Position numbers and translations under genes: made by a program. Shown one piece after another: positions 10,548-17,356 of a DNA stretch of 64,000 nucleotides. This DNA comes from Halioglobus sp. (GTDB lineage Bacteria > Pseudomonadota > Gammaproteobacteria > Pseudomonadales > Halieaceae). The DNA lies in contig JBDWQQ010000151.1 in assembly GCA_039986455.1 (NCBI GenBank), forward strand, positions 4,376 through 68,375, written 5' to 3'. Below the pieces are notes generated by a model, which saw nothing but the letters and a program-made list of their open reading frames with translations, had not been told where the DNA came from and made no database searches. Each line of letters opens with the position of its first letter. The first letter of the stretch is position 1.

Positions 10548-10976
10548 CTACGCTGCATATAACGCCTTGAATTCTTCCCAGCCCAATTCGCCAACCGTAT
10601 TTCCATCATCATCCATCAGTTCGTAACAAGATCCCCCGCCGCTGCGAATACTGAACAAGATCACTGCGTCCACATCACCGCCACCTTCGCGATGCACTTC
10701 CTCGCTTGCAGGGCTGACGGTGAAACGGCCTGTAGGGCGGACTTCTTTTAGTTGTCCATCAGCTTCGTACAGGCGATGCTCGCCCTGAATCACTAACATA
10801 TTGTTTGGCGCTGTGTGGCGGTGTAACAATATTTTCTCGCCGGCCGCCATTCGAAGGAGCACATCTACCACTTTGTTTTCTTCATCAAGATCGAGAATGT
10901 GATACCAGAGATGATCGACACCCGGCAGTTGCTTCCAATCGATAGTATCGTTGTCCAGACATTGAAAAGCCGACAT
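10548..10976 (-). CDS. Cupin domain protein (ChrR-like cupin)
   Basis: 142 aa with a cupin beta-barrel pattern (HRHTAPNNMLVIQGEH). Confidence 0.65.
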   Translation of the reverse strand: MSAFQCLDNDTIDWKQLPGVDHLWYHILDLDEENKVVDVLLRMAAGEKILLHRHTAPNNMLVIQGEHRLYEADGQLKEVRPTGRFTVSPASEEVHREGGGDVDAVILFSIRSGGGSCYELMDDDGNTVGELGWEEFKALYAA

Positions 10977-11209
10977 GGTTGATATCCTTATTTAATGGCG
11001 TTGTTGTGCCAATTTACCGCGCTAAATGCACGTCGTAAAGCTACCCGGGGGTGCGAAAGTCGCTATATCGATCCAGCCATTTCATTGCCTTGGCCCGCAA
11101 GGGGTTGCCAGACATTCAAACGCGTCGATTTTGACTATGCTATCGTCTATATTCCTGTCATAACGCAGTACAACCGTGAGCATCTTTCGAGGATAGCTAA
11201 GCATTGAGT

Positions 11210-11857
11210 ATGAGTGAAAAAAATACAGGCAGCATTGGTGGAAACGTTATCGCCGGCACTCTTTTTCTGTCGATTGGCTACGCGATTGTGCGCTACCACA
11301 TCGCCGGAAACGTACCCTGGGATCAGTTTTCACTGTTTATCCTCAATAAGGGCCTATGCCTGGCAGCCTTCATATTGCTAACGTTCAATTTTGCACTTGG
11401 ACCCGGTAAAAATATTGGCCTGCCCGTGCCGCCTTCCTGGCTGAGTGCCAGAAAATCCTTTGGAATGACTGGCTTCCTGCTGATTCTTATTCATGCGCTT
11501 ATCAGTTTTATGCTGTTCTCGTCTCCCTACTACGGGAAGTTCTTCGGATCGGAAGGTACGCTCACAGCAGTAGCGAGTGTGAGCATGCTGGCAGGTATTC
11601 TCGGTTTCGTTTTTCTCTGGGCCTACAATCTCAGCTTTCAAACCAAACTGAGCGAAGATGCCGCGTTTATAGAATTTGTGACATCCCGCCGCGTTCTAAT
11701 TTGGGCCCTTTCACTCGGAGGCTTGCACCTCGCCTTTATGGGATTCTCCGGGTGGCTCAAACCTCAGGGATGGCATGGGGGGCTACCGCCTATCAGCCTG
11801 GTGGCTTTTGCGTTTTTCATCGTTGGTTATATTCTCAACTTGCTTGGCCGAGAATAA
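11210..11857 (+). CDS. Multi-pass membrane protein, ferric-reductase-like / MsrQ-like
   Basis: About 215 aa, 5-6 TM segments with conserved His in TM helices (LILIHALISF, GGLHLAFMG). The family call is tentative. Confidence 0.5.
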   Translation: MSEKNTGSIGGNVIAGTLFLSIGYAIVRYHIAGNVPWDQFSLFILNKGLCLAAFILLTFNFALGPGKNIGLPVPPSWLSARKSFGMTGFLLILIHALISFMLFSSPYYGKFFGSEGTLTAVASVSMLAGILGFVFLWAYNLSFQTKLSEDAAFIEFVTSRRVLIWALSLGGLHLAFMGFSGWLKPQGWHGGLPPISLVAFAFFIVGYILNLLGRE

Positions 11858-11925
11858 TTTACTTTCCAGAGAATACGCCCAGGCTGGCAACGTTAAGAGC
11901 CAGTAAAAGCAGATGAATCGGCATA

Positions 11926-12414
11926 ATGACTATAAATTGGAGAGCGCGAATGAGATTACCCTCGTTAATACTGTTAAGCATGCTCGTTGTAACGCCTGTT
12001 CTGGCCCAGAGTTCAGCCTCTTCAGATAGCGTGGCTATTCAAGAAGCAGTCATGAAGGTGTTACAAGACTACATGAAGCCTTTCAGCAGTGCGCAGGCGC
12101 TGGATATCGAAGCGTGGGAGCGTTCGATTCACTTCCCGCACTATCGCTTATCACGGGGGAAAATGACGATTCAAAGCGCGCCTGGAGAATTTTCTCTTGA
12201 ATCTCTCAGGCAAGCGCTGGGAGAGGATTGGGATCACAGCAAGTGGCAGAAAAAGCACATCGTTCACTTATCCGAGTCGAAGGTGCATGTTGATACGCGA
12301 TTTGCACGCTTTCGCAAAGACGGTTCTGTCATCGCCAGTTACGATTCGCTCTATGTTCTCACTAAGGAAGACGGGAGATGGGGGGTGAAGATGCGCTCTA
12401 CTATGGCGCATTAA
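11926..12414 (+). CDS. Secreted NTF2-like protein, unknown function
   Basis: Signal peptide MRLPSLILLSMLVVTPVLAQS (alternative start 11950). Size and sequence pattern look NTF2/SnoaL-like. Confidence 0.5.
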   Translation: MTINWRARMRLPSLILLSMLVVTPVLAQSSASSDSVAIQEAVMKVLQDYMKPFSSAQALDIEAWERSIHFPHYRLSRGKMTIQSAPGEFSLESLRQALGEDWDHSKWQKKHIVHLSESKVHVDTRFARFRKDGSVIASYDSLYVLTKEDGRWGVKMRSTMAH

Positions 12415-12515
12415 CGCCGCTAGTACTTTTAACGCAAGGTCTAACGCGGAATCGGTACGAATAGGCGCAGAGTCGGCAGCACTTTAGTTTTAATTCAGAG
12501 AATAGAGTCAGCTTC

Positions 12516-12950
12516 ATGGAAGAATATTGGAAAGCCTCCATAGGAAAGAAGTTCGATTATTTTGGACCCAAATTCCTCGCCATAGAAAACGGTAAGCATT
12601 TATGGGGGGCTTGGAACACTTCTGCCTTGGTCTTTGGCCCGATGTGGATGGCTAACCGTCAGATACCGATGCGGCGCGTTAGATGGCGAGTTTTTGTTTG
12701 TGCTCTTGCTTGCCTGTTCGCCTATGACTATCTTCCGATTCCGCTAAATCTAACCGTATGCAGTATTCTTTATATCTATACTTTCCCGCTTCGCGCAAAC
12801 GTCATTTACAAGGCATGCATAGAAAAATGCGTACAAGAAAATTCGCATTTAAATGAATTGGAACTAAAGAATTTATTGGCCTCCAAGTTTAAAACTGATA
12901 TCGAAGAGGGTAATGAAAGGTTTACGGCATGGCGAAAGCCTTGGGTCTAA
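12516..12950 (+). CDS. DUF2628-like membrane protein
   Basis: 144 aa; GAWNTSALVFGPMWMANRQ plus TM segments resemble DUF2628. Followed directly by a complete junction repeat. Confidence 0.45.
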   Translation: MEEYWKASIGKKFDYFGPKFLAIENGKHLWGAWNTSALVFGPMWMANRQIPMRRVRWRVFVCALACLFAYDYLPIPLNLTVCSILYIYTFPLRANVIYKACIEKCVQENSHLNELELKNLLASKFKTDIEEGNERFTAWRKPWV

Positions 12951-13007
12951 TGTCTGTTCTTGAAGCCCAGGCTACGGTCAAGAAGGTCAGAATTTCTGCG
13001 AGATATC

Positions 13008-13097
13008 GTCGCCTTTGAGGTGATAGCGGACATTTCCATCGCAGATCGAACCAGGCTTAATAACGTCCACTCTCGCCTACATGCGGTCTATTGGTTT
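13008..13097 (+). repeat. Junction repeat, complete copy (hairpin 1 - spacer - hairpin 2 - tail)
   Basis: gtcgcc-tttgaggtgata-gcggac / 33-nt spacer ending aataac / gtccac-tctcgcctacat-gcggtc / tattggttt. Confidence 0.8.
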
Positions 13098-13289
13098 AGG
13101 ATGATGAGTTCAGGATACAGACTTGTATGTATGTTATTTGAGTCAAAAAGATATAAGGAACTGATTTCATGCTCGCTTTCAATTTAGTGAACCTTACATA
13201 CTAGGAATCGGTGTTATATAGACCGTTATGTGTATGTACTTTTTATGTGCAATCAGAAATTATTTTTATATTGAAGAAAAGGAAAAACA

Positions 13290-14177
13290 ATGAAACTGAG
13301 CTCTACTAGAAAAGCCTTACTCCCCTTTCTAGCTCTGTTTAGCGTTGCCTGCGTTGGTCAAACTACACTCCCTACTTTTGAAGGCCCATACTTAGGGCAA
13401 AAGACGCCTAGCTCTACTCCAACTCCTTTTGGCGCTGGCGTTGTATCAACAGATGGCTACGAGTATGGCGGTGTTTTTACTCTCGACATGAGCGAGTTTT
13501 ATTATATAAAAGCAGAAAAAGGTACACGGCGGCAAAATTTTATCGTATATCGCGAAAAAGAAGGCAAATGGTACGGCGAAGTAATGTCTAAAAGACTCGG
13601 ACAACCAGCTATATCTCCAGACGGAAATACCATGCATTTGGGAAGACGTTATCTAGAGCGCAACGACCAAGGTTGGTCCGAACCTAAGAATCTCGATTTA
13701 CCTTTTACCGACATCTCTATAATGCGACTTACCTCCTCTTCAAGTGGCACCTATTTTTTCGATACGTGGGACGAATCCAATAAAGAATTTCCAATCAGGT
13801 ACTCTCGAATTATAGATGGCAAGTATCAGGAGCCACAAAATCTAAGCAAAGAAATTAATACAGGAGCACAACTAAATCACCCTTATATCGCTCCCGATGA
13901 ATCATATTTAATCTGGGATGCGATTCGGGAAGACGGTTTTGGAGACTCCGATCTTTACATCAGCTATCGACAAAAAGATGGATCGTGGGGCGAAGCTATT
14001 AATTTAGGGGAAAAAATAAATACTAAAGCGTGGGATGCAGCTGGATATGTTACGCCAGATGGAGAATATTTTTTCTTCAACCGGATGATCAACTCAGGCG
14101 TAAACAATGAACTGCCAAATGTAGATATCTTTTGGGTAAAAGCAGATTTTATCGAAAAATTAAGACCAAAGCCGTAA
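13290..14177 (+). CDS. Lipoprotein with TolB-like PD40 beta-propeller repeats
   Basis: Signal plus lipobox (LFSVAC). Recurrent PD40-type motifs ISPDGNTM, IAPDESYLIW, VTPDGEYFFF. The gene is visibly more AT-rich than its surroundings. Confidence 0.65.
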   Translation: MKLSSTRKALLPFLALFSVACVGQTTLPTFEGPYLGQKTPSSTPTPFGAGVVSTDGYEYGGVFTLDMSEFYYIKAEKGTRRQNFIVYREKEGKWYGEVMSKRLGQPAISPDGNTMHLGRRYLERNDQGWSEPKNLDLPFTDISIMRLTSSSSGTYFFDTWDESNKEFPIRYSRIIDGKYQEPQNLSKEINTGAQLNHPYIAPDESYLIWDAIREDGFGDSDLYISYRQKDGSWGEAINLGEKINTKAWDAAGYVTPDGEYFFFNRMINSGVNNELPNVDIFWVKADFIEKLRPKP

Positions 14178-14232
14178 TGCATAGCACAAGAAAAGGCCGT
14201 CGGATGCCGCGCACCGCTGCCTGAGCGTTAGT

Positions 14233-14330
14233 GACCGCTATGAGGTGGCAGCGGACATGAGCAACCCCAAGGACGATTCATGCACTCTAACGTCCGCTTT
14301 CGCCTAATAGAGGACATAGGTCTATTCTTG
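14233..14330 (+). repeat. Junction repeat, complete copy
   Basis: gaccgc-tatgaggtggca-gcggac / 35-nt spacer ending ctctaac / gtccgc-tttcgcctaatag-aggac / ataggtctattcttg. Confidence 0.9.
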
Positions 14331-14359
14331 TAGCGGGCAATAGAGTTGAGAGCAAGAAT

Positions 14360-14824
14360 ATGCAGGAACTGACAATTCAAGACTTGGGAAGTATCGGCGA
14401 ACTTTTAGCGGCTATTGCTACTATAGCCACCCTCGCCTATTTAGCAGCACAGATACGCCAAAATACCCACACTGTAAGAGCAGCAACAACTACCGCGCAT
14501 ACTGAGTCAGTAAGCGTCTTTTCACGACTCCTTGGGCAGAGCCAGGAATTGAGTGATCTATATTTTACAGGCCTGGCTGGCGAGGTCGAACTAAGTGAAT
14601 CTCAGCAACGCCAATTTCATATGCTTTTGAGCGGTTTTCTCATGGCAATTCAACAAGCGTACCTTCTTGATGAGGAAGGTATTGTTCATCCAGAGATCAA
14701 GGCGTATCACGCAGAAACGATCGATTGGCTAGCAGAACAGCCCGGATTTACTCCTTTCTGGGACGCATGGGGAAAAACTTTTCCACCAAGCTTCCGACAC
14801 TATATCGAGGGTAAACTGAACTGA
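14360..14824 (+). CDS. Hypothetical N-terminally anchored protein, paralog family A
   Basis: 154 aa, N-terminal IGELLAAIATIATLAYLAAQIRQN. Flanked by junction repeats on both sides. Confidence 0.6.
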   Translation: MQELTIQDLGSIGELLAAIATIATLAYLAAQIRQNTHTVRAATTTAHTESVSVFSRLLGQSQELSDLYFTGLAGEVELSESQQRQFHMLLSGFLMAIQQAYLLDEEGIVHPEIKAYHAETIDWLAEQPGFTPFWDAWGKTFPPSFRHYIEGKLN

Positions 14825-14835
14825 CGCATTCCAAT

Positions 14836-14880
14836 TCGAAACTGTCCGCTTTCGCCTAATAGCAGACTTAGGTCTATCAT
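14836..14880 (+). repeat. Junction repeat, hairpin 2 plus tail only
   Basis: cgaaact / gtccgc-tttcgcctaatag-cagac / ttaggtctatcat; no hairpin 1 after the upstream stop. Confidence 0.85.
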
Positions 14881-14911
14881 CAAGTCACAACAAATTTGAT
14901 AGAGAACAGCT

Positions 14912-15427
14912 ATGCTTTTTGAAGCAACCGAGCGCACGTATCAACTAGATCTTGCTCAGTTTTCCAATGTGGAGTATGCAATGGCCTCGATCTACGAGAG
15001 TCAGGGCTTTTCTACGATTCATCACGATTACTACCTGTTCCATGCGTCTGCAAAGACCAAATACCCAGAGAATGAGCAAGTGCTAAAAGATACGATAGGG
15101 CGCGAACGATTGTCAGCACTTAGAGACATGTGCCGCGCCCTGTATCCTTTAGATGCGGGCCCGGGGCAGAGACCTGAGCAACCAGACTTGTTCGTTTTTC
15201 GCCCGGGCGGTGAGTTCTTTTTTTCTGAGGTAAAACGGAAGAAGACAGGAGACTACTTGCGCGCACCGCAAATGGTCGGTATTTCTCTCATAAAGCAATT
15301 TCTATCGGTTACCACTGAGCTCGCAACTGTTATCGATGAAAGTGAAAAGGAACCGCTCGCACTTCGAACATATCAATGGGTATGGCCTGCAGTGCAAGAA
15401 ACGGGCTTTCATAAAGTCGAAATTTAG
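14912..15427 (+). CDS. PD-(D/E)xK nuclease-fold protein, VRR-NUC-like
   Basis: 171 aa; EQPDLFVFRPGGEFFFSEVKRKKTGDYLRAPQ matches the D...E-x-K ... Q signature of VRR-NUC domains. The last base of the stop codon TAG is the first base of the repeat stem. Confidence 0.55.
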   Translation: MLFEATERTYQLDLAQFSNVEYAMASIYESQGFSTIHHDYYLFHASAKTKYPENEQVLKDTIGRERLSALRDMCRALYPLDAGPGQRPEQPDLFVFRPGGEFFFSEVKRKKTGDYLRAPQMVGISLIKQFLSVTTELATVIDESEKEPLALRTYQWVWPAVQETGFHKVEI

Positions 15428-15520
15428 TCCGCTTTGAGGTGAAAGCGGACAGTACCCGCCCAAGGCCAAATCAGACTCCCTAACGCCCGCTTTCGCCTAA
15501 TGGCTGACTTAGGAGTATGC
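15427..15520 (+). repeat. Junction repeat, complete copy
   Basis: gtccgc-tttgaggtgaaa-gcggac / 34-nt spacer ending ccctaac / gcccgc-tttcgcctaatg-gctgac / ttaggagtatgc. Confidence 0.9.
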
Positions 15521-15552
15521 TTTGTTAATCTTATAATGAAGAGGGTCGAGCA

Positions 15553-15930
15553 TTGACGATACAGGACTACCTGGCAATATTCTGGGATGCACAGGAAGTA
15601 GGCCTGGCAGCATTCATGATGTACCTATCGGTTGTCAGTGGGTATTTAGTAGTTGCATACCTCGTCGGTGCGAAACTCGATCGATTTCAAACTTCGTTTA
15701 TATCCTGCGTATTCGTTATGTTCGCCCTTTACCCCCTATGGGGTGTTGTCGAGTACTGGACCTCTGCCGAGGAAGCGCGGCAGGCTCTTATAGAGCTAAA
15801 AGCCTTAGAGAAGGTCGAGCTTAATCATCTAGGTATAAACGCGGCTATTCCAGCACTACCGATGGGCCTTCTTGGCATAGCTGGATCACTAGTTTTCATG
15901 TGGGATGTTCGTCGAAAGCAGGGACTGTAG
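15553..15930 (+). CDS. Small multi-pass membrane protein, paralog family B
   Basis: TTG start with AGAGGG upstream; SGYLVVAYLVGAKL, C-terminal FMWDVRRKQGL. Confidence 0.7.
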   Translation: MTIQDYLAIFWDAQEVGLAAFMMYLSVVSGYLVVAYLVGAKLDRFQTSFISCVFVMFALYPLWGVVEYWTSAEEARQALIELKALEKVELNHLGINAAIPALPMGLLGIAGSLVFMWDVRRKQGL

Positions 15931-15944
15931 TGGCCGAAATTGCA

Positions 15945-15982
15945 ACCGCCCCCCTTGAGATGAAAGCGGACTTCGGTCTATC
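15945..15982 (+). repeat. Junction repeat, collapsed hybrid copy
   Basis: ccttgagatgaaa-gcggac (hairpin 1 right half) joined directly to the tail ttcggtctatc; the spacer and hairpin 2 are missing. Confidence 0.75.
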
Positions 15983-16016
15983 TTTATCGGAGGACTTACA
16001 ATAAGGAACTGATCAT

Positions 16017-16385
16017 ATGACCGAGTATGAATTGGAGGACGCACTAACTTCAACAACTGTGGCCTCGCTCGAGGCATTTAGTATGTACGTAACTATCTTG
16101 GCTAGCTACTTGGTAGTTGCATATCTTGCTGGGAGCAAGCTAACAACCCAGCAAATGTTTATTGTCTCTGTGCTTTTTGCCGTTTCATCCCTTTTAGCAA
16201 CTTGGTCTGCATTCAGCTATATGGAGCGCTCGATTCCCTTCGCGGATGCTCTTGAGTTACTTAACCCTGAACGCCGGTACGGGGCTCAACCTAGTACCCA
16301 ATATTGGATGCTAACCTTAATGCTACTGGGCGTAGGTGCCTCTCTTAAATTCATGTGGGATGTTCGACACCCCAAGGCGGAGTGA
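16017..16385 (+). CDS. Small multi-pass membrane protein, paralog family B
   Basis: MTEYELED..., SYLVVAYLAGSKL, C-terminal KFMWDVRHPKAE. The stop TGA overlaps the first stem of the repeat. Confidence 0.75.
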   Translation: MTEYELEDALTSTTVASLEAFSMYVTILASYLVVAYLAGSKLTTQQMFIVSVLFAVSSLLATWSAFSYMERSIPFADALELLNPERRYGAQPSTQYWMLTLMLLGVGASLKFMWDVRHPKAE

Positions 16386-16479
16386 CCGCCTAGAGGTGAA
16401 GGCGGACATTACGTGCCCCGGGGCCGATTCATCCCCTCTAACGTCCGCTTTCGCCTAATAGCGGACATGTGTCTATCAT
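16384..16479 (+). repeat. Junction repeat, complete copy (best reference copy)
   Basis: gaccgcc-tagaggtgaa-ggcggac / attacgtgccccggggccgattcatcccctctaac / gtccgc-tttcgcctaata-gcggac / atgtgtctatcat. Confidence 0.95.
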
Positions 16480-16510
16480 AGTCGAAGGCTTATCGATTGG
16501 GAGCAAGGTC

Positions 16511-16879
16511 ATGACTGAAGCGGAGCTACTTGAAGCAGCCAGCAATAACTGGTCAGACACCATTAGTTTACTAACACTGTTCATTAGTGTCATGAGTGGC
16601 TATTTGGTCGTCGCCTATCTAGTCGGCAAGGAACTCAAAACTTCACAAGTCGTGCTTGTAAATTTCCTTTATGGCGCATTTATTAGCTTTTGCTTATTTG
16701 CTATCTATCAAATGTCCGCTACAGCAGTGGAGCACGGTATTCTGGCTAGCGATTTATCAACTCAGCGTTCCAACAGGCCGCAGACTTGGATTCCCATTGT
16801 GTTCCTTGTAATCATGCTTCCAATGATTTTGGCGAGCTTCAAATTTATGTGGGACATCAGACACCCAAAGGCTGAATGA
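16511..16879 (+). CDS. Small multi-pass membrane protein, paralog family B
   Basis: MTEAELLE..., SGYLVVAYLVGKEL, C-terminal KFMWDIRHPKAE. The track start at 16469 lies inside the repeat tail, so I prefer the ATG at 16511. Confidence 0.75.
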   Translation: MTEAELLEAASNNWSDTISLLTLFISVMSGYLVVAYLVGKELKTSQVVLVNFLYGAFISFCLFAIYQMSATAVEHGILASDLSTQRSNRPQTWIPIVFLVIMLPMILASFKFMWDIRHPKAE

Positions 16880-16987
16880 CGGCTTAGAGGTGAAAGCGGA
16901 CATTACGTTGCGCGGTAACCTTCTTGTCGCCCCGGGTCATAAAATTGGCGTTTCCAGTCATTTCTGAAGAACCTCCCTCCCTCTAAC
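16878..16987 (+). repeat. Junction repeat, hairpin 1 plus long spacer, hairpin 2 absent
   Basis: gacggc-ttagaggtgaaa-gcggac-attacg, about 85-nt spacer containing cgccccgggtc and ending ccctctaac. Confidence 0.8.
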
Positions 16988-17020
16988 ATGGCTTCATAAA
17001 CCAATCAGGGAGGAAAGCGC

Positions 17021-17158
17021 ATGGTCGATAGAAAATATTGGGTAGCACTCTGCTTAAGCATTATGATGTGGGCCGCACAACCTGCGTCTGCAGCGTATGA
17101 GGCTGAAAACGGTTCTTTAAGTTACTGCCCTTCGGCAGTACACATGGATTTTAGATAG
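17021..17158 (+). CDS. Candidate 45-aa secreted peptide
   Basis: Own translation: MVDRKYWVALCLSIMMWAAQPASAAYEAENGSLSYCPSAVHMDFR, with strong GGGAGGAAAG upstream. It sits where a cassette ORF is expected. Below the track cutoff. Confidence 0.25.
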   Translation: MVDRKYWVALCLSIMMWAAQPASAAYEAENGSLSYCPSAVHMDFR

Positions 17159-17194
17159 TTGGAAGAAATGTCCAGCATGGTCGTAGATTCTAAA

Positions 17195-17218
17195 GTCCGC
17201 TTTGAGCTGAAAACCGAC
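17195..17218 (+). repeat. Junction repeat, hairpin-1-type singleton
   Basis: gtccgc-tttgagctgaaaa-ccgac. Confidence 0.7.
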
Positions 17219-17356
17219 ACTCTAAGACAACTTCACCTCTTGTGAATTTGCCGGCGATGCTAGATGCATTTTCAGCACTAGGCTGCCCAGAATAGCTAAA
17301 ACCAAATCTCTGCCGAAACCGGGGTGGCCGGATTTCGTGTTGGGTTCGATCACACC

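Noticed and set aside
12960-13187. 75-aa ORF in the track immediately after the DUF2628-like gene
   Set aside because: It is laid over a complete junction repeat (13008-13097) and an AT-rich leader, and it has no RBS or recognisable protein features. Most likely a spurious ORF created by the repeat.
14233-16479. Calling the repeats canonical attC sites of a class-1-like or Vibrio-like integron
   Set aside because: I could not find RYYYAAC ... GTTRRRY in the canonical order within any junction. The TAAC/GTTA-like boxes occur in the reverse order around the spacer, and no intI or attI is in the window. I therefore report them as attC-like or REPIN-like rather than as attC.
17325-17356. gggttcgatc motif resembling a tRNA T-loop just downstream of the lipoprotein gene's stop codon
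   Set aside because: The flanking bases do not form a T-stem or acceptor stem, and no cloverleaf can be drawn. Probably a chance match.
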